DNA of 64,000 nucleotides from an uncultured bacterium (lineage in GTDB: Bacteria; CAYJRR01): contig CAYJRR010000002.1 in the NCBI GenBank assembly GCA_964372275.1, positions 16,522 to 80,521 on the forward strand. The letters run 5' to 3'. Position 1 is the stretch's first letter. Every line of letters begins with the position of its first letter. The position numbers and the translations under genes were made by a program. Positions 62,281 to 64,000 of the stretch are shown in pieces. The notes under the pieces are model-generated. The model did no database searches. It was not told where the DNA came from and saw nothing but the letters and a program-made list of their open reading frames with translations.

Positions 62281-64000
62281 TTAACCCTTCTGGAACTGCG
62301 GGAGGAAGTCGGCGGCGGCGCCGGGGACGCTGTACTCGTACGGTCCGCGGTGCGCCACCGGCGGGGTCAGGAAGTTGCCGTGGCCGGGAGGGGAGGGGGT
62401 CGCCCACTCCAGCGTCGTCGCCTCCCACGGGTTCTCCGCGATCTTCTTCCCGGCGCGCAGGCTCCAGAAGAAGTTCACGATGAAGAACAGCTGCCCTGCC
62501 CCTAAGATCCACGCCCCCCAGGACTGGTACTCGGTCAGCCACTGCAGCTCCTTGCCGGCCTGGTAGATCGTCTGGTCGTAGAGGCGCCGGTTCACCCCGA
62601 GCATCCCGTGGATGAACATCGGGAAGAAGACGAGCTGCATCGCCGGGAGCGAGACCCAGAAGTGCAGCTTCCCGAGCGTCTCGTTCATCATCCGCCCCGT
62701 CGCCTTCGGGTACCAGTAGTAGATCCCGGCGAACAGGCCGAACAGCGTCCCCGGCGCCACCACGTAGTGGAAGTGGCCGATAACGTAGTAGGTGTCGTGC
62801 AGGTGCAGGTCGGTGGCGGTCAGCCCCAGCGGCAGTCCGGTCAGCCCGCCGATGGCGAACATCACCATCCAGGCCAGCGCGAACAGCATCGGCACGGTGA
62901 AGCGGATGGCGCCCCCCCACAGGCTGATGAGGAAGACGGTCAGGATGATCACCGACGGGACGGAGATGATCATCGTGGTGACCTGGAAGAAGTTGCTCAT
63001 CGTCGTCCCCATGCCGGTCATGAACATGTGGTGCGCCCACACGATGAACGACATGAAGCCGAGGAAGATCGCCGCCCAGACCGCCGACTTGTAGCCCCAC
63101 AGCGGCTTCCGGGTGTTGTTGGCCACCACCTCGCCGACGATCCCCATCGCCGGCAGGATCAGGACGTAGACCTCGGGGTGCGCCAGGAACCAGAACAGGT
63201 GCTGCCACTGCAGCGGGTTCCCCCCGCCCGACGCCGCGAACGCCTTCCCCGACACAACCAGCCCCGAGGGGAGGAAGAAGCTCGTCCCCGCGACCCGGTC
63301 CATCAGCTGCAGTACCGCCGCCCCTTCCAGCGGCGGGAAGGCGAGCAGCAGCAGGAACGAGGTGACGAGCTGCGCCCAGACGAAGAACGGCAGGCGCATC
63401 ATCGTCAGCCCCGGCGCCCGCATCTGCACGATCGTCACGATGATGTTGATCGAGCCGAGCAGCGACGAGGTGATGAGGAACACCATGCCGATCAGCCAGA
63501 TCGTCTGTCCGAGCTGTGCTCGATCGATGACCGACAGCGGCGGGTAGACGGTCCAGCCCCCCTGCGTCGCGCCGCCGGGGACGAAGAAGCTCGCCAGCAT
63601 GACCACGCCGCCGACGAAGTAGACCCAGTAGCTCATCATGTTGAGCCGCGGGAAGGCCATGTCCGGTGCGCCGACCTGCAGCGGCGTCACGAAGTTGCCG
63701 AAGCCACCGACCGCCAGCGGGACGACGCCGAGGAAGATCATGATCGTCCCGTGCATCGCCCCCAGCTCGTTGTAGAAGTTCGACTGGAGGATGCCGTCGG
63801 GGGCGCGCGGGCTGTCGGGGCCGAAGAGGAGTCCGAGCAGCGGGATCGGCTGCCCGGGGTAGGCGAGCTGCCACCGCATCATCATCATCAGCATGAAGCC
63901 GAAGAGGAGGAAGAGGAGCGCGGTCACCGTGTACTGGATCCCGATCGTCTTGTGATCGACCGAGAAGACGTACTTCCGCCAGAAGCCCAGCTCGTGGTGC
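62281..64000 (-). CDS. ctaD: Cytochrome c oxidase subunit I (5' end beyond the window)
   Basis: The track starts at an internal Met (63927), but the frame stays open to 64000 (..HHELGFWRKYVFSVDHKTIGIQYTVTALLFLL..). Heme/CuB motifs: WFLAHPEVYVLILP and HHMFMTGMG. Confidence 0.95.
   Translation of the reverse strand, partial: HHELGFWRKYVFSVDHKTIGIQYTVTALLFLLFGFMLMMMMRWQLAYPGQPIPLLGLLFGPDSPRAPDGILQSNFYNELGAMHGTIMIFLGVVPLAVGGFGNFVTPLQVGAPDMAFPRLNMMSYWVYFVGGVVMLASFFVPGGATQGGWTVYPPLSVIDRAQLGQTIWLIGMVFLITSSLLGSINIIVTIVQMRAPGLTMMRLPFFVWAQLVTSFLLLLAFPPLEGAAVLQLMDRVAGTSFFLPSGLVVSGKAFAASGGGNPLQWQHLFWFLAHPEVYVLILPAMGIVGEVVANNTRKPLWGYKSAVWAAIFLGFMSFIVWAHHMFMTGMGTTMSNFFQVTTMIISVPSVIILTVFLISLWGGAIRFTVPMLFALAWMVMFAIGGLTGLPLGLTATDLHLHDTYYVIGHFHYVVAPGTLFGLFAGIYYWYPKATGRMMNETLGKLHFWVSLPAMQLVFFPMFIHGMLGVNRRLYDQTIYQAGKELQWLTEYQSWGAWILGAGQLFFIVNFFWSLRAGKKIAENPWEATTLEWATPSPPGHGNFLTPPVAHRGPYEYSVPGAAADFLPQFQKG

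Overview
This is a gene-dense bacterial chromosomal segment of roughly 70% GC with about 58 supportable protein genes. I recognised no rRNA, tRNA, CRISPR array, transposase or integrase. All functional calls come from motifs read by eye; no searches were run. Many long ORFs in the track are Arg/Gly/Pro-rich antisense or upstream-extension shadows typical of high-GC DNA, and they were discarded.

Housekeeping blocks:
- glmU-glmS-GNAT, ssb, rimO-ftsB, ftsK, an FKBP isomerase and lolA.
- selD-purH-purD-DUF1015.
- Two separate aa3-type cytochrome oxidase loci. One is coxII-ctaA-ctaB at 30.6-33.1 kb. The other is coxI-coxIII-coxIV, two small ORFs, sco1 and a small CxxC ORF at 59.8-64 kb; coxI runs off the window.

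Signalling genes:
- A CHASE2 adenylate cyclase flanked by two FecR/TPR paralogs, plus a transglutaminase-like TPR protein.
- A GAF-GGDEF cyclase.
- A Ser/Thr kinase-AAA-TPR protein.

Envelope genes include about ten predicted lipoproteins, two Omp85-like barrels fused to peptidase-MA-like modules, a PKD/beta-propeller lipoprotein, a glycine-rich lipoprotein, and an S1 protease with a MYXO-CTERM-like tail.

Most noteworthy observations:
1. selD is split in the ORF track by an in-frame TGA at the catalytic Cys/Sec position, followed by a SECIS-like hairpin. The organism therefore decodes Sec.
2. A GGAGGAG/CTCCTCC-rich repeat family occurs in three contexts: a 36-bp perfect (about 95-bp extended) inverted repeat enclosing a four-helix-bundle (23S rRNA IVS-protein family) gene, an empty hairpin downstream of ssb, and an in-frame K/E/G-rich insertion in the FtsK linker.
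3. A 25-bp perfect inverted repeat has arms that begin exactly on the stop codons of two convergent genes.
4. A near-consensus sigma-54 promoter lies upstream of an orphan membrane protein.
5. A 34% GC island with a 14-bp perfect palindrome lies over the predicted ftsK promoter.

The taxon cannot be fixed. The features are compatible with Myxococcota- or Acidobacteriota-like lineages, which is inference only.
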